Below are positions 31,241 to 43,933 of a DNA stretch of 64,000 nucleotides, piece after piece. The notes below the pieces were generated by a model. The model was not told where the DNA came from, searched no databases, and saw only the letters and a list, made by a program, of their open reading frames with translations. Numbering within the stretch: position 1 is the stretch's first letter; each line of letters begins with the position of its first letter. The DNA comes from Eledone cirrhosa (taxonomy: Eukaryota), in NCBI GenBank assembly GCA_964016885.1, contig OZ024751.1, positions 39,184,001-39,248,000 on the forward strand, read 5' to 3'. A program made the translations under genes and the position numbers.

Positions 31241-31498
31241 TTAGAAAATATAATTAAAGGGCATTATAAAACAGACAGGATTTCTGTTTGGGGTTATTAT
31301 GTAGTAAACATACATTCTCTTAAATTTCCTCTTCACTCCATTAGATTACTGGTACGAAAAAATTATTAAAACTTAAGATTGTGTTGTCATATTAATACTA
31401 CTAGCATTTAAACCAATGTTTTGCGAACGTAATAAGTATGTTTATGGATTAAGTATATATATATATATATATATACTTCTCTCTCTCCCTCTCTCTCT

Positions 31499-31540
<42 letters not shown>

Positions 31541-32246
31541 CCTACGCACACAGGGAAATAAACAAGACGCGACAGAATATTCGAGAACGTTTTTGACAGA
31601 TCGTAGATGACAGATCGTGTGAGAGACGGACAAAAAGGCTGTACAGTTACTATAATATACAATTTCACTTATCTAAATTGATTGCTACGTTAAATTGTTA
31701 ATGCAATGTTTCAAACCACTATATGATAAGGTTTTCTCCCACTGTGCTCACTAACATTACAACCCAATATCAACAATATCGAACACCATCGACGATGACG
31801 TAGACTCAATGTGATGATTGATCGTTATTCGATAGAAGAAAATAACCTAAAATAAAGTCTAATAGAAAAGTAATGAGTTCTTTACATTGGCTCAAAGCCA
31901 TATATGTTTTAGAGAAAGAAGTGGTGGGCATGGGTGGGAAGGGGCGGAATCAGAGTAGAATGAATAAGCCATTAACAACAGGTACTTTCGTTATCTATAT
32001 AGTAGGAATGAGCTAATAGGAGAACATTTAGGTGGTCGCTTCAAATACTAGAAAGAGCAGTAGAAATACTACACCTAACCCTCTTGAGAGGCAGCAAATT
32101 GGCAAAGTCGTTAGAGCGTCAGATAGAATACTTCGAGTTAAGTGTTCTCTTCGCGATGAGTTTTGCTTTTCAAGATTTCAGAGTCGATAAAACAAAGTAC
32201 CAGGCTAGGCAGTGAATGCGCGGACACTTCAGATGTCAAGTACGTA

Positions 32247-32444
32247 GGAGGCTCAGCTGAAAAATTCATTTGTTGGCCAAGATACTCTCATTGAATGACC
32301 AAATGAGGTTTATATTTCAGCATAGTCATTGGAAAGAGACAATGCAGTTATTAATAATAATAGTTGAAAATAATACATGCAAGATTTCACAGCTCTAGTA
32401 TCACTCCTTCATAGTCAGCTTATAAACTTGTCAGCCGAACCTCG
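32247..32444. mobile_element. Tc1/mariner-type MITE (about 198 bp)
   Basis: Imperfect TIRs, TA at 32245-32246 and 32445-32446, and homology to 4529-4986. Confidence 0.75.
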
Positions 32445-32533
32445 TATATCATATGTAATGTTTATATAGAAGTGTGTCTATTCAGGCTTTATTGTCGGAG
32501 CATGGATACCTCGAAAATTATATGTTATGGTTC

Positions 32534-32701
32534 ATAATTGTTTCTACTCTTGGCATAATGCCAGCAATTATCCAGTACATTACTGGTACTTTATTTTATC
32601 GACCCCGTAGGGATGAAAGGCAAAGTGAACCTCGGCGGGATTTGAACTCAGACCGTAAAGGGACGTAACTTTACTGGAAAGCATGGCGTCCGACTCTCTA
32701 C
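32534..32701 (-). mobile_element. tRNA-headed SINE (same family as 19491)
   Basis: Reverse complement of the SINE consensus. Confidence 0.85.
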
Positions 32702-32876
32702 TGTTATGGTTCATAATGACAAAAGGACTGCCAGATTTCAGCTGAAGTTACATAACATCAATAGAATATACACGTCTGCATACACAAATGTGCCATCTAA
32801 TATACTTACAAGCACACATAACCATATATATACATATATATACTTAGACTTAGATATATATACATATATATACTAT

Positions 32877-32910
<34 letters not shown>

Positions 32911-33050
32911 CGTGAGCACCAGTGTCTGTGGGAGTCGAACTCACGCTAGGTTAATCTGTTAACTTACGATTATACATATAATTATACATGTATATATATA
33001 TATATAAAATGTTTAAGCTTATTGAATCCGAACAAATTAAATATAACCTC

Positions 33051-33101
<51 letters not shown>

Positions 33102-33854
33102 TATTTACATTTATATACGTATATATATATATATATACGTGTGTTGTATGTATGCTTGTATATATATACACATACATATATACATACATGCATACATACA
33201 TACATACATACATACATACATACATACATACATACATACATACATACATACATACATACATACATACATACATACGTACATCCATCCATACATACTTAAA
33301 TACATACTTACATACATACATGCATACATACATACGTACATCCATCCATACATACTTAAATACATACTTACTTACATACATACATACATACGTACGTGCG
33401 TAGACACATTGCAAAGAAATTAAATGTACTTGTATCATTTGAAAATACCCACATTCATTACATGCTAAACGATAGACAACAGGTTAGTTATATGAAGGAA
33501 TCATTGTTTATAGTATTTTATATCGTTTGTATGTAGCTAGCTAGTTTAATAATGGAACCGAAAAATGGAATATGGGACACTTCTTTGCAGATTCGGAAAT
33601 GAGCAGCAAAGCACTGCAGGTAAGACTTCGTACGAAAAAAAAACCACTAGGAAAGAAAAAGACGAAAAACAAATGAAATACTATAAAAATATTAAAAACA
33701 TTAACAACTCTTTCCACAAGTGATTATACTCGAACTATTTTCTTGTGATTGATTCTCAGAAGAAATTTCTAAGAGAGGAGAAAAAAAAAAGATTATTTAT
33801 ATATATATATACATGTATATATATATATACATGTATATATATATACACACATAC

Positions 33855-33907
<53 letters not shown>

Positions 33908-33932
33908 TTTATATATATATATATACATATGC

Positions 33933-33973
<41 letters not shown>

Positions 33974-34614
33974 CACACACACACACATTTATATATATAT
34001 ATATATGTTTTTTTTTATTTCCCTATATTTCTTGTGTGGATGATCAGGCAGCGGGACTTCAAAAGACTCAGGCGAACATCAATGAAATAATATAAGAAAT
34101 AGAAGCAGTAGATAATGATTAAAAGAAAATGGAGGTGAAAAAAAAAAGTAAAAACGAAAAGCGCGCGATTGATGCCAATTAGGAAAGTCGGGTTGGGGAA
34201 AACTAAAATATCAAAGTGAGAATAGCAATTGGTGAAAAATGTAACGATTTTCGGAGATAGGTGAAGGTGTGGGTCTATGTCTTTATATGTACTTATATAT
34301 ATCTGTATGTGATTGCTCGCATATGTCTGCATGAAGTTGTGTGAGAAAGGTTCTTAAAATAAAATATGTCATGGTGCATAGATATATTGGGTATTAAATG
34401 ATGTGGCTTTTAATTATGACTCTATGTTCGGAGCTCAAATTCAGCCGTGTTCAAATTTTGCCTTTTATCTTCCAAGTGATATTAAATAAAGTACCAGTCA
34501 ATTACTGGGGTCGATATAAACAACTTTGTTGTCCCCGAAAATATTGCTGGGCTTGCTTGTGTCTAAATTGGAAATCATATTGATATGTGTATATATATAT
34601 ATATACATAGATAC

Positions 34615-34648
<34 letters not shown>

Positions 34649-34651
<3 letters not shown>

Positions 34652-34841
34652 GGAACGAGTAGGACCCCGACGGCTGAGCTCAAGCCGTTTCGACGGCTAA
34701 TTCTGGACTGAATTAGCCGTCGAAACGGCTTGAGCTCAGCCGTCGGGGTCCTACTCGTTCCTATTACCCACTCTGCTACCCTAAGTATTGAGTACTTTGG
34801 CGCGTTATGGTCCACCTGGTTCCTTACCACATTTCCTTCGT
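34649..34841 (+). mobile_element. Family A fold-back element A1 (hairpin plus tail) in (TA)n
   Basis: Perfect 55-bp arms at 34649-34703 and 34710-34764 with loop TGGACT, then a 77-bp tail ending in a TA run. Confidence 0.9.
34692..34751 (+). ncRNA. 3' part of a type-I hammerhead ribozyme (stem II, GAAA, stem III, GUC, stem I strand); CUGANGA box absent
   Basis: gacggctaattc-tggact-gaattagccgtc, GAAA (34722-34725), cggct-tgagctc-agccg, TC (GUC at 34742-34744), ggggtcc. Confidence 0.6.
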
Positions 34842-34928
34842 TATATATATATATACATATATATGTGTGTGTGAGTGTGTGTATATATATATATAATATA
34901 TATAAATATATTTATATATATATATAAT

Positions 34929-35085
34929 ATAGAAAAGGATTCTACAGGACTAGAACTGTGATTTCTCCCGAATGAAACAATTCTAGTCTTGTAGAAGCCT
35001 TTTCTATATTAAATATTTATTCTCTGCTTTGTATTGAGTAACTTATTTACTGTGGTTACCCCCGATTGAACCCGGTATAAACTTA
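34929..35085 (+). mobile_element. Family B fold-back element in (TA)n
   Basis: 31-bp arms at 34929-34959 and 34977-35007 with 3 mismatches. GAAACAATTCTA resembles a hammerhead 3' half. The tail carries ctctgctttgtattgagt. Confidence 0.7.
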
Positions 35086-35100
35086 TATATATATATATAT

Positions 35101-35268
35101 AACGAAGGAAATGTGGTAAGGAACTAGGTGGACCATAACGCACCAAAGTACTTAATACTTAGGGTAGTAGAGTGAGTAATAGGAACGAGTAGGACCCCGA
35201 CGGCTAATTCAGTCCAGAATTAGCCGTCGAAACGGCTTGAACTCAGCCGTCGAGGTCCTACTCGTTCC

Positions 35269-35270
<2 letters not shown>
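35101..35270 (-). mobile_element. Family A fold-back element A2
   Basis: Inverted copy of A1 with a 23-bp deletion between gacggct direct repeats in the long arm. Confidence 0.9.
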
Positions 35271-35349
<79 letters not shown>

Positions 35350-35782
35350 GAGAGAGAGAGGAATACACATGTGTGTGTGTGTGTAAACGTATACTGGTAC
35401 AGCCTTCTCTCTATTCTAACTTGCTTCTTTACACTTTGTATTTCAGTAAACCAATCATACTTTCTTAAAACTATGTTCATGTCTTCACACGCTAGAGAAG
35501 GGGAGAGAATCACGAATATAAGAATTGAGATATGGAGAGATAGAGAGAAAGATAGGGTGAAATAACGACAGATGTTCTTTTACAGAACATGAGAGAATAA
35601 ACTAAAGAGTAAGTAGAATAGAGTGTTGTCATGGTGATAGTGCTGGATTATATGTATGGATTAAATGAATAAGTTCCAATCATCACCCGATTAATATTCA
35701 GTTCTCCTACAATTGATGTTTGATTGTCTTAAATACTACCTTATTTTAAACAAATATTCTAATATATATATATATATATATG

Positions 35783-35877
35783 TATAGGAAAAGAGTCAGG
35801 ACTCCGTCGGCTGAGCTTTGGCCGTTTCAATAGACAGACACATATGCAGCTCTCTCTCTCTCTCTCTCTCTCTCTCT

Positions 35878-35943
<66 letters not shown>

Positions 35944-35946
35944 CTT

Positions 35947-36032
<86 letters not shown>

Positions 36033-36078
36033 AGGAAAAGAGTCAGGACCCCGTCGGCTGAGCTTTGGCCGTTTCGAC
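35783..36078 (-). mobile_element. Two family-A single-arm fragments (35783-35828, 36030-36078) in a local duplication of about 247 bp
   Basis: taggaaaagagtcaggaccccgtcggctgagctttggccgtttcgac is homologous to the A arm. Both copies are followed by agacagacacatatgcagc(tc)n. Confidence 0.75.
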
Positions 36079-36096
36079 AGACAGACACATATGCAG

Positions 36097-36201
<105 letters not shown>

Positions 36202-36429
36202 CATTGAATATTTTACATGTAAGGTCTATAAAGTCAGCTCCAGAAGTTATTAATATTAATAAATGAGTTTTCCCCCGCTACGCTCTTCCACTTGTTGTTT
36301 AGAGACATATATACACGCCTTAACACAAGCACGTGTACTCATAGACAAACAGACACTCAGACGAAGACACAGAAACACACACAGACACACAGACATATTA
36401 ACACAGTCACAGACACACGAAACACTCAT

Positions 36430-37010
36430 ACGCATACACACTAACACACACAGGCACACAGACATACAGACACAATGTCACAGAGCCACAAAAACGCATA
36501 CACACTAACACACACAGACATACAGACACAATGTCACAGAGCCACAAAAACGCATACACACTAACACACACAGACATACAGACACAATGTCACAGAGCCA
36601 CAAAAACGCATACACACTAACACACACAGACATACAGACACAATGTCACAGAGCCACAAAAACGCATACACACTAACACACACAGACATACAGACACAAT
36701 GTCACAGAGCCACAAAAACGCATACACACTAACACACACAGACATACAGACACAATGTCACAGAGCCACAAAAACGCATACACACTAACACACACAGACA
36801 TACAGACACAATGTCACAGAGCCACAACAACGCATACACACTAACACACACAGACATACAGACACAATGTCACAGAGCCACAAAAACGCATACACACTAA
36901 CACACACAGACATACAGACACAATGTCACAGAGCCACAAAAACGCATACACACTAACACACACAGACATACAGACACAATGTCACAGAGCCACAAAAACG
37001 CAGACACACT
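36430..37010. repeat. 56-bp CA-rich minisatellite, about 10 units
   Basis: cagagccacaaaaacgc recurs at 36481, 36537, 36593 and onward. Confidence 0.95.
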
Positions 37011-37029
37011 AACACACTAACACACAGAC

Positions 37030-37660
37030 ACACAGCCATACAGACACATTGACACATTGACACAGAGACACACAGACACATTTACATCGACACACAACCA
37101 CACAGCCACACAGCCATACAGACACATTGACACAGCGACACACAGACACTTTTACATCGACACACAACCACACAGCCACACAGTCATACAGACACATTGA
37201 CACAGAGACACACAGACACATTTACATCGACACACAACCACACAGCCACACAGTCATACAGACACATTGACACAGAGACACACAGACACATTTACATCGA
37301 CACACAACCACACAGCCACACAGTCATACAGACACATTGACACAGAGACACACAGACACATTTACATCGACACACAACCACACAGCCACACAGTCATACA
37401 GACACATTGACACAGAGACACACAGACACATTTACATCGACACACAACCACACAGCCACACAGTCATACAGACACATTGACACAGAGACACACAGACACA
37501 TTTACATCGACGCACAACCACACAGCCACACAGCCATACAGACACATTGACACAGAGACACACAGACACATTTACATCGACACACAAACGCACAGAGACA
37601 CACAACCACACAGCCACACAGCCATACAGACACATTGACACAGAGACACACAGACACATT
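37030..37660. repeat. 70-bp CA-rich minisatellite, about 8 units
   Basis: tttacatcga recurs at 37081, 37151 and every 70 bp to 37571. Confidence 0.95.
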
Positions 37661-37698
37661 ACAAAGACACACACACGCACAACACACACACACCCACA

Positions 37699-37737
<39 letters not shown>

Positions 37738-38028
37738 AGACAGATTCACATGGACACATGTTTACACCGGTCTAAACTGTTCCAGTCCGTAACACAAATT
37801 ACACCCATGTGTCACATGATTTGCTAAAATAATCTATATTCCCACTTAACCTTATCAACACATCTTAAGTATCGATAACGATATTTAAGTATTCAACGCT
37901 CAGGGATCACCTATAATCGATATTTTTCTTTCTCTGCTTTATGATATCTTACTTGACAATTAAGCAGACCTGTACTTATCAAAACCTTTACTGACGCGTG
38001 TATACATATCTAGATATTCTTAGTTGTG

Positions 38029-38187
<159 letters not shown>

Positions 38188-38237
38188 GATATATATATAT
38201 ATATATATATGTGTGTATATATATATATGTGTGTGTG

Positions 38238-38271
<34 letters not shown>

Positions 38272-38325
38272 TGTGTGTGTGTATATATATATATATATGT
38301 GTGTGTATATATATATATGTGTGTG

Positions 38326-38476
<151 letters not shown>

Positions 38477-38652
38477 GTATATGTATATATATATATAGTA
38501 TATATATGTCGTTGTGTATAACGTATAACTGTCTGTTTGACAGAATAAACAAGACAAAGGGAGTGAATGTGAAGAGAAAATCTTTATGTGGTGGAACTAA
38601 ATAATAATTGTGACAAACACTATTTGGTTTACAAATAAACGATTATATATGA

Positions 38653-38700
<48 letters not shown>

Positions 38701-38708
<8 letters not shown>

Positions 38709-39265
38709 ATACTTTGGGAGGGTCATGTTGCCAATAAGAAACACACGCACCAGTTGCTTTCACTTCAATTTAATTTAATATATATTTATAAATTTCTGGT
38801 TGGTTGGTTGGTTCCACAACCAGATAGTTGTTTATATATATATAGTCATAGTTCTTTCGTCACACACTCTGTGACCTCTTCAGTGACTGGGGATTTCTTT
38901 CTTCGTTTCTGTGCCTTTCCTTTCTTCTATCCTACGCCATTTTGAAAACAAAATGGCGTAGGATAGAAGAAAGGAAAGGCACAGAAACGAAGAAAGAAAT
39001 CCCCAGTCACTGAAGAGGTCACAGAGTGTGTGACGAAAGAACTATGACTATATATATATAAACAACTATCTGGTTGTGGAACCAACCAACCAACCAGAAA
39101 TTTATAAATTTGTAAATTTATAAATATATATTAAATTAAATTGAAGTGAAAGCAACTGGTGCGTGTGTTTCTTATTGGCAACATGACCCTCCCAAAGTAT
39201 AACAATATCGGTTTCAACACACGATTTCAGATAAAGAATCTTGCTAAACAAATTCAGAAACGAAA
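38701..39265 (+). mobile_element. Family D large fold-back element (Penelope-like pLTR-type) in (TA)n
   Basis: Arms at 38701-38944 and 38949-39208 with an AAAA loop. The right arm has 16 extra bp and continues for about 57 bp. A related fragment atgaccctccccaagtataacaatat lies at about 23728-23753. Confidence 0.85.
39005..39049 (+). ncRNA. Minimal type-I hammerhead ribozyme motif (mirror copy on the minus strand at about 38844-38888)
   Basis: AGTCA, CTGAAGA, g, GTCACA-gagtg-TGTGAC, GAAA, gaac, TA, TGACT. Stems I and II pair, stem III is minimal, and there is one extra G after the core. Confidence 0.7.
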
Positions 39266-39294
39266 TATATATATATATATGTATATATATATAA

Positions 39295-39497
39295 TGGCGA
39301 GCGAAGGCCGCGGGAGTAACTGGACATTTGGAAATTCTGCTTCCTTCGGAGAATCGAGACGTTTGTGGGGATATTGCGATTTCAGAGTCAGGTTCGATAA
39401 TCGCATCGATCGTACCTCGAGCTGGTCGCCAGAGAAACGATTGTAATATGTCTAATAAATTTTTATTCGTCGTACCACTGATTCTCTGTTTCTTATA
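39295..39497 (+). mobile_element. Family C-related TA-embedded fragment with a hammerhead 3' half
   Basis: GAAACGATTGTA, then aataaa and cactgatt as in family C. tggcga at the left edge can pair with tcgcca just before GAAA, giving a long stem II. Confidence 0.55.
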
Positions 39498-39499
39498 TG

Positions 39500-39537
<38 letters not shown>

Positions 39538-39539
39538 TT

Positions 39540-39838
39540 AATGGTAGCTAAGATGCTTCCATAGACGGTATGCCAGTTAAGCACTCTATGTTCTTACAGA
39601 GCAGAGTGTGATATAATATAAACGAAAAATCAGTGATGCATCTGGACTCAATTTATTGTGTGTTATAATTGTTTCTCACGGTGATAATATTTGTTCCGAA
39701 GTTATTGGAAGTGTCCGACGAACCCGCAGTTCTAGAATCAGACAGACCCATACAATGATCATGTCCCGAGCTGTCTGCCGGCGAAACAATTGAAACACAC
39801 AATAAATTGAGTCCAGATGCATCACTGATTTTTCGTTT

Positions 39839-39848
<10 letters not shown>
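39540..39848. mobile_element. Family C inverted-arm element C1
   Basis: 39611-39675 is inverted relative to 39783-39848. The minus arm continues into a tail homologous to 57715-57790. Confidence 0.8.
39711..39798 (+). ncRNA. Degenerate type-I hammerhead with long stem II and palindromic CAATTG stem III
   Basis: GTGT, CCGACGA (one change from CUGANGA), acccgcag...ctgccggc, GAAA, CAATTG, AA, ACAC. The sister copy at 57651-57666 has the intact GAAACAATTGTAACAC. Confidence 0.6.
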
Positions 39849-39880
<32 letters not shown>

Positions 39881-39882
<2 letters not shown>

Positions 39883-40351
39883 AAGGCGGGTAAAATTCCC
39901 GAGATCCATGGACGAGTTCTCTCCAGCGGTCTCTGTCCCTTATTATCGCTGCCATGTCCTGCGTCTCCAACAGACCAGTGTCTGTCCTTAGGGCATCAAC
40001 ATACGTTAACCTTGGTCTTCCTCTTCTAGTGTGTCCATGTAGAGGATTTGATGCGAGAGGTTGAGACTGTGTCGATGAGTGTGGGGCTGAGAATGAATGA
40101 GACTAAAACAAAATATCTGGTAGAGAATGTTGAGAAGCCAGAGGGGATCACTAATGTAGGCGGGAAGCCGCTAGAATTGGTTGAGGAATTCCTGTATTTG
40201 GGAGCAAAGATTGGGAATACGAAAGATGATGTGGTTGAGAGGAAGAGCAAAGGCCTGGGCGGCGTGCCACAGCTTGAGATCGGTGTGGAAGTCGGACCTT
40301 CGTAGAGACCTGAAAATCCACCTCTTCATTGCTGTAGTGGAGTCTGTGCTG

Positions 40352-40357
<6 letters not shown>
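39881..40357. mobile_element. RTE-clade LINE fragment with an inverted 5' segment
   Basis: Minus 39881-40039 encodes HGHTRRGRPRLTYVDAL...REFYPP*. Plus 40039-40357 encodes VEDLMREVETVSMSVGLRMNETKTKYL...VEEFLYLGAKI...ERK, a frameshift, then AKAWAACHSLRSVWKS...[15 protein letters not shown] (RT C-terminal/thumb region). (TA)n on both sides. Confidence 0.88.
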
Positions 40358-40407
<50 letters not shown>

Positions 40408-40707
40408 GTACATATATATGTGTGTGTGGGGGTATATATATACATATATACATCCAATCAGAAAAAAGAAATCGTATTTATTTGTTTACTTCGACATTCG
40501 TCTCATGTTTATGTATTTTTACATAATGGTCTGCGTCCTTTCAAAAGAATCGCACACAACTACACACACATATAGGCATATACATACACACTTATGTAAC
40601 CACGCACATACACACATAATACAAAACACACAAGGAAATATATACATAGCACAACATGTATATATATATATACACACATAGATGCATTTTCATAAATATG
40701 CTTAACA

Positions 40708-40745
<38 letters not shown>

Positions 40746-40803
40746 TCATATACATATATATACACATATATATATATACATATATATACATATATATATA
40801 TAT

Positions 40804-40834
<31 letters not shown>

Positions 40835-41063
40835 TATATATATACATATATATACATATATATATATACATATATATACATATATATATATACATATATA
40901 TACATATATACATATACATATATATACATATATACATATATATACATACATACATACATATATACATATATATACATACATACATACATACATATATATA
41001 CATACATACATACATACATATATATACATACATACATACATATATATACATACATACATACAT

Positions 41064-41164
<101 letters not shown>

Positions 41165-41235
41165 TATGTATATATATATATATAAATGAATGAATGTATA
41201 TATGTATATATATTTTTTTATGTGTATCTCTGTCT

Positions 41236-41267
<32 letters not shown>

Positions 41268-41707
41268 ATGCGTGTATAGCCTCTCAAAATCAGAAACATG
41301 AAGCGCTTTTGATTTCATCAGACGATTGCTAATCTGAATTGACTGAGATCGATACCATTCACCTCGTTAATCGATTCAATTAGCCCTGATCTTAAGTAAA
41401 GTTATCACAAGTATTTACTCTGAAGACTCTGTTGCAGGAATTCACTCGCCGAATGCTATAGAATTTAGATCGGAGCTTTACTTAAATATATATAATATAG
41501 GATTTTACTGCATTGATTGGCCTCGTTCTAGTTCTTGGTGCTGTTGTTGTTATTGTTGTACCTCCACTTCCTCTTCCTTCTCCTCTTCATTTTTCTTCTT
41601 CCTTTCCTTTTGTCTTCTTCTTTTTGTTGTCTTCTTCGTCTTCGACTTCTTTTTTTTTTCTTCTTCTTATCTTTATTATTAGTAGTAATATACGTAGTAT
41701 TCTTAGA

Positions 41708-41732
41708 AGTAGCAGCAACAGCAGCAGCAGCT

Positions 41733-41798
<66 letters not shown>

Positions 41799-41812
41799 AT
41801 AGCAGCAGCAGC

Positions 41813-41871
<59 letters not shown>

Positions 41872-41970
41872 GAGCAGCAGCAGTAGTAGTAGTAGCAGCA
41901 GTAGTAATAGTAGTAGCAGCCGCAGCAGCAGCAGTAGCAGCAATGGCAGTAGTAGTAGTAGCAGTAGTAA
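41708..41970. repeat. (AGT/AGC)n microsatellite
   Basis: Read directly. Confidence 0.95.
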
Positions 41971-42312
41971 TATAAGAACATTTTAACCCGTTTATTTTTA
42001 TTTTTCAAGAGTTTACATTTAGTCTAAAGTCTAATGATTATGGTTTAGTTTGTGAAATAGATGTAATATTTCTATGGCAAAGAAGGGGGAGGAGGAGGTG
42101 ATGGTCATTCACGTGGTATGAGATAAATGCATTAACGTTTCTCAGCCAACGAATATAATATCTAACACTCTGATCTGTTGATCTGCGAGCGTGTGATGTT
42201 GAAGAGGATTAAGATTGGCCAAATCTAGTCGTATCTATTGACAGATAATCGATAGATCGTTATTGACTTTAGAACAGATAAATACGCAATTACCATGGCT
42301 AATCAAGAAAAT

Positions 42313-42352
<40 letters not shown>

Positions 42353-42356
<4 letters not shown>

Positions 42357-42470
42357 AACATGTATGACCCCGACGGCAGAGCTCAAGCCGTTTCGACGGC
42401 TATTTCTGGGCGTCCAGAAATAGCCGTCGAAACGGCTTGAGCTCTGCCGTCGGGGTCATATATTTTCCTA
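42353..42470. mobile_element. Family A pure palindrome A3 (no tail) in (TA)n
   Basis: Arms of about 57 bp with loop GCGT at 42410-42413 and a few mismatches near the outer ends. Confidence 0.88.
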
Positions 42471-42667
42471 TATCTATATATCTATATATATATATATATA
42501 TGTATATATATACATATATATATATATACATATATATAAATATATATATATATAAATATATACATATATATATAAATATATATATATATACTTATATATA
42601 CATATATATATAAATATATATATATATATAAATATATATACTTATATATACATATATATATAAATAT

Positions 42668-42700
<33 letters not shown>

Positions 42701-42711
42701 CTTATATATAC

Positions 42712-42768
<57 letters not shown>

Positions 42769-42825
42769 AATATATATAAATATATACATATATATATAAA
42801 TATATATATATATACTTATATATAC

Positions 42826-42868
<43 letters not shown>

Positions 42869-42895
42869 TAAATATATATATATATATATATATAC

Positions 42896-42971
<76 letters not shown>

Positions 42972-42997
42972 GTATATATATATATATGGGGGGGTCC

Positions 42998-43182
42998 AGA
43001 TTTGTTAGAAATAGCAGTCAAATCTATCTAAAAATCATACCGAACCCTCTTTGACAAAAGTCACGTTATATTATGTTGTCCAGATATCCTCGTATGTGAG
43101 GAATAGTCAAGATGGCCACGAGTGGAATTCCTTTGATCTGATCATATATCTGATTAATCAGGACTGGCCTGGGGTCAAACAG
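42998..43182 (+). mobile_element. Old dispersed SINE-like repeat (tagaaatagcag...ggggtcaaaca); related copies at about 32030-32085, 50410-50605 and 52820-52990
   Basis: The degenerate motif set recurs at several loci. Confidence 0.5.
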
Positions 43183-43262
43183 TGAGATTACTAACTCAAA
43201 AAGTTGTAAGTACTATTTATAATAATGTTTGTTGTAATGAGAATGTTGGGCCTTACATCTAG

Positions 43263-43296
<34 letters not shown>

Positions 43297-43463
43297 TAGA
43301 GAGGGAGAGAATGATTGAGAAAGCGATATATATATGCCTATACATACTTAGACATACATATATATACATATATATAGATATGTACACATATATATATGTA
43401 GATATATACATATATATATAGATATGTACACATATATATATATATAGATATATACATACAGTA

Positions 43464-43579
<116 letters not shown>

Positions 43580-43639
43580 AATATATACACATCCTAATAC
43601 ATATTTACACATACATAAATATCATATTATATATATATA

Positions 43640-43682
<43 letters not shown>

Positions 43683-43729
43683 GCACATCCTAATACATAC
43701 TTACACATACATAAATATCATATTATATA

Positions 43730-43798
<69 letters not shown>

Positions 43799-43829
43799 CC
43801 TAATACATATTTACACATACATAAATATC

Positions 43830-43933
<104 letters not shown>

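Noticed and set aside
34649-34764. Family A hairpins as miRNA precursors or mariner MITEs
   Set aside because: They are multi-copy with variable apex, asymmetric tails and ribozyme motifs. This fits fold-back retro-insertions better, although small-RNA production is not excluded.
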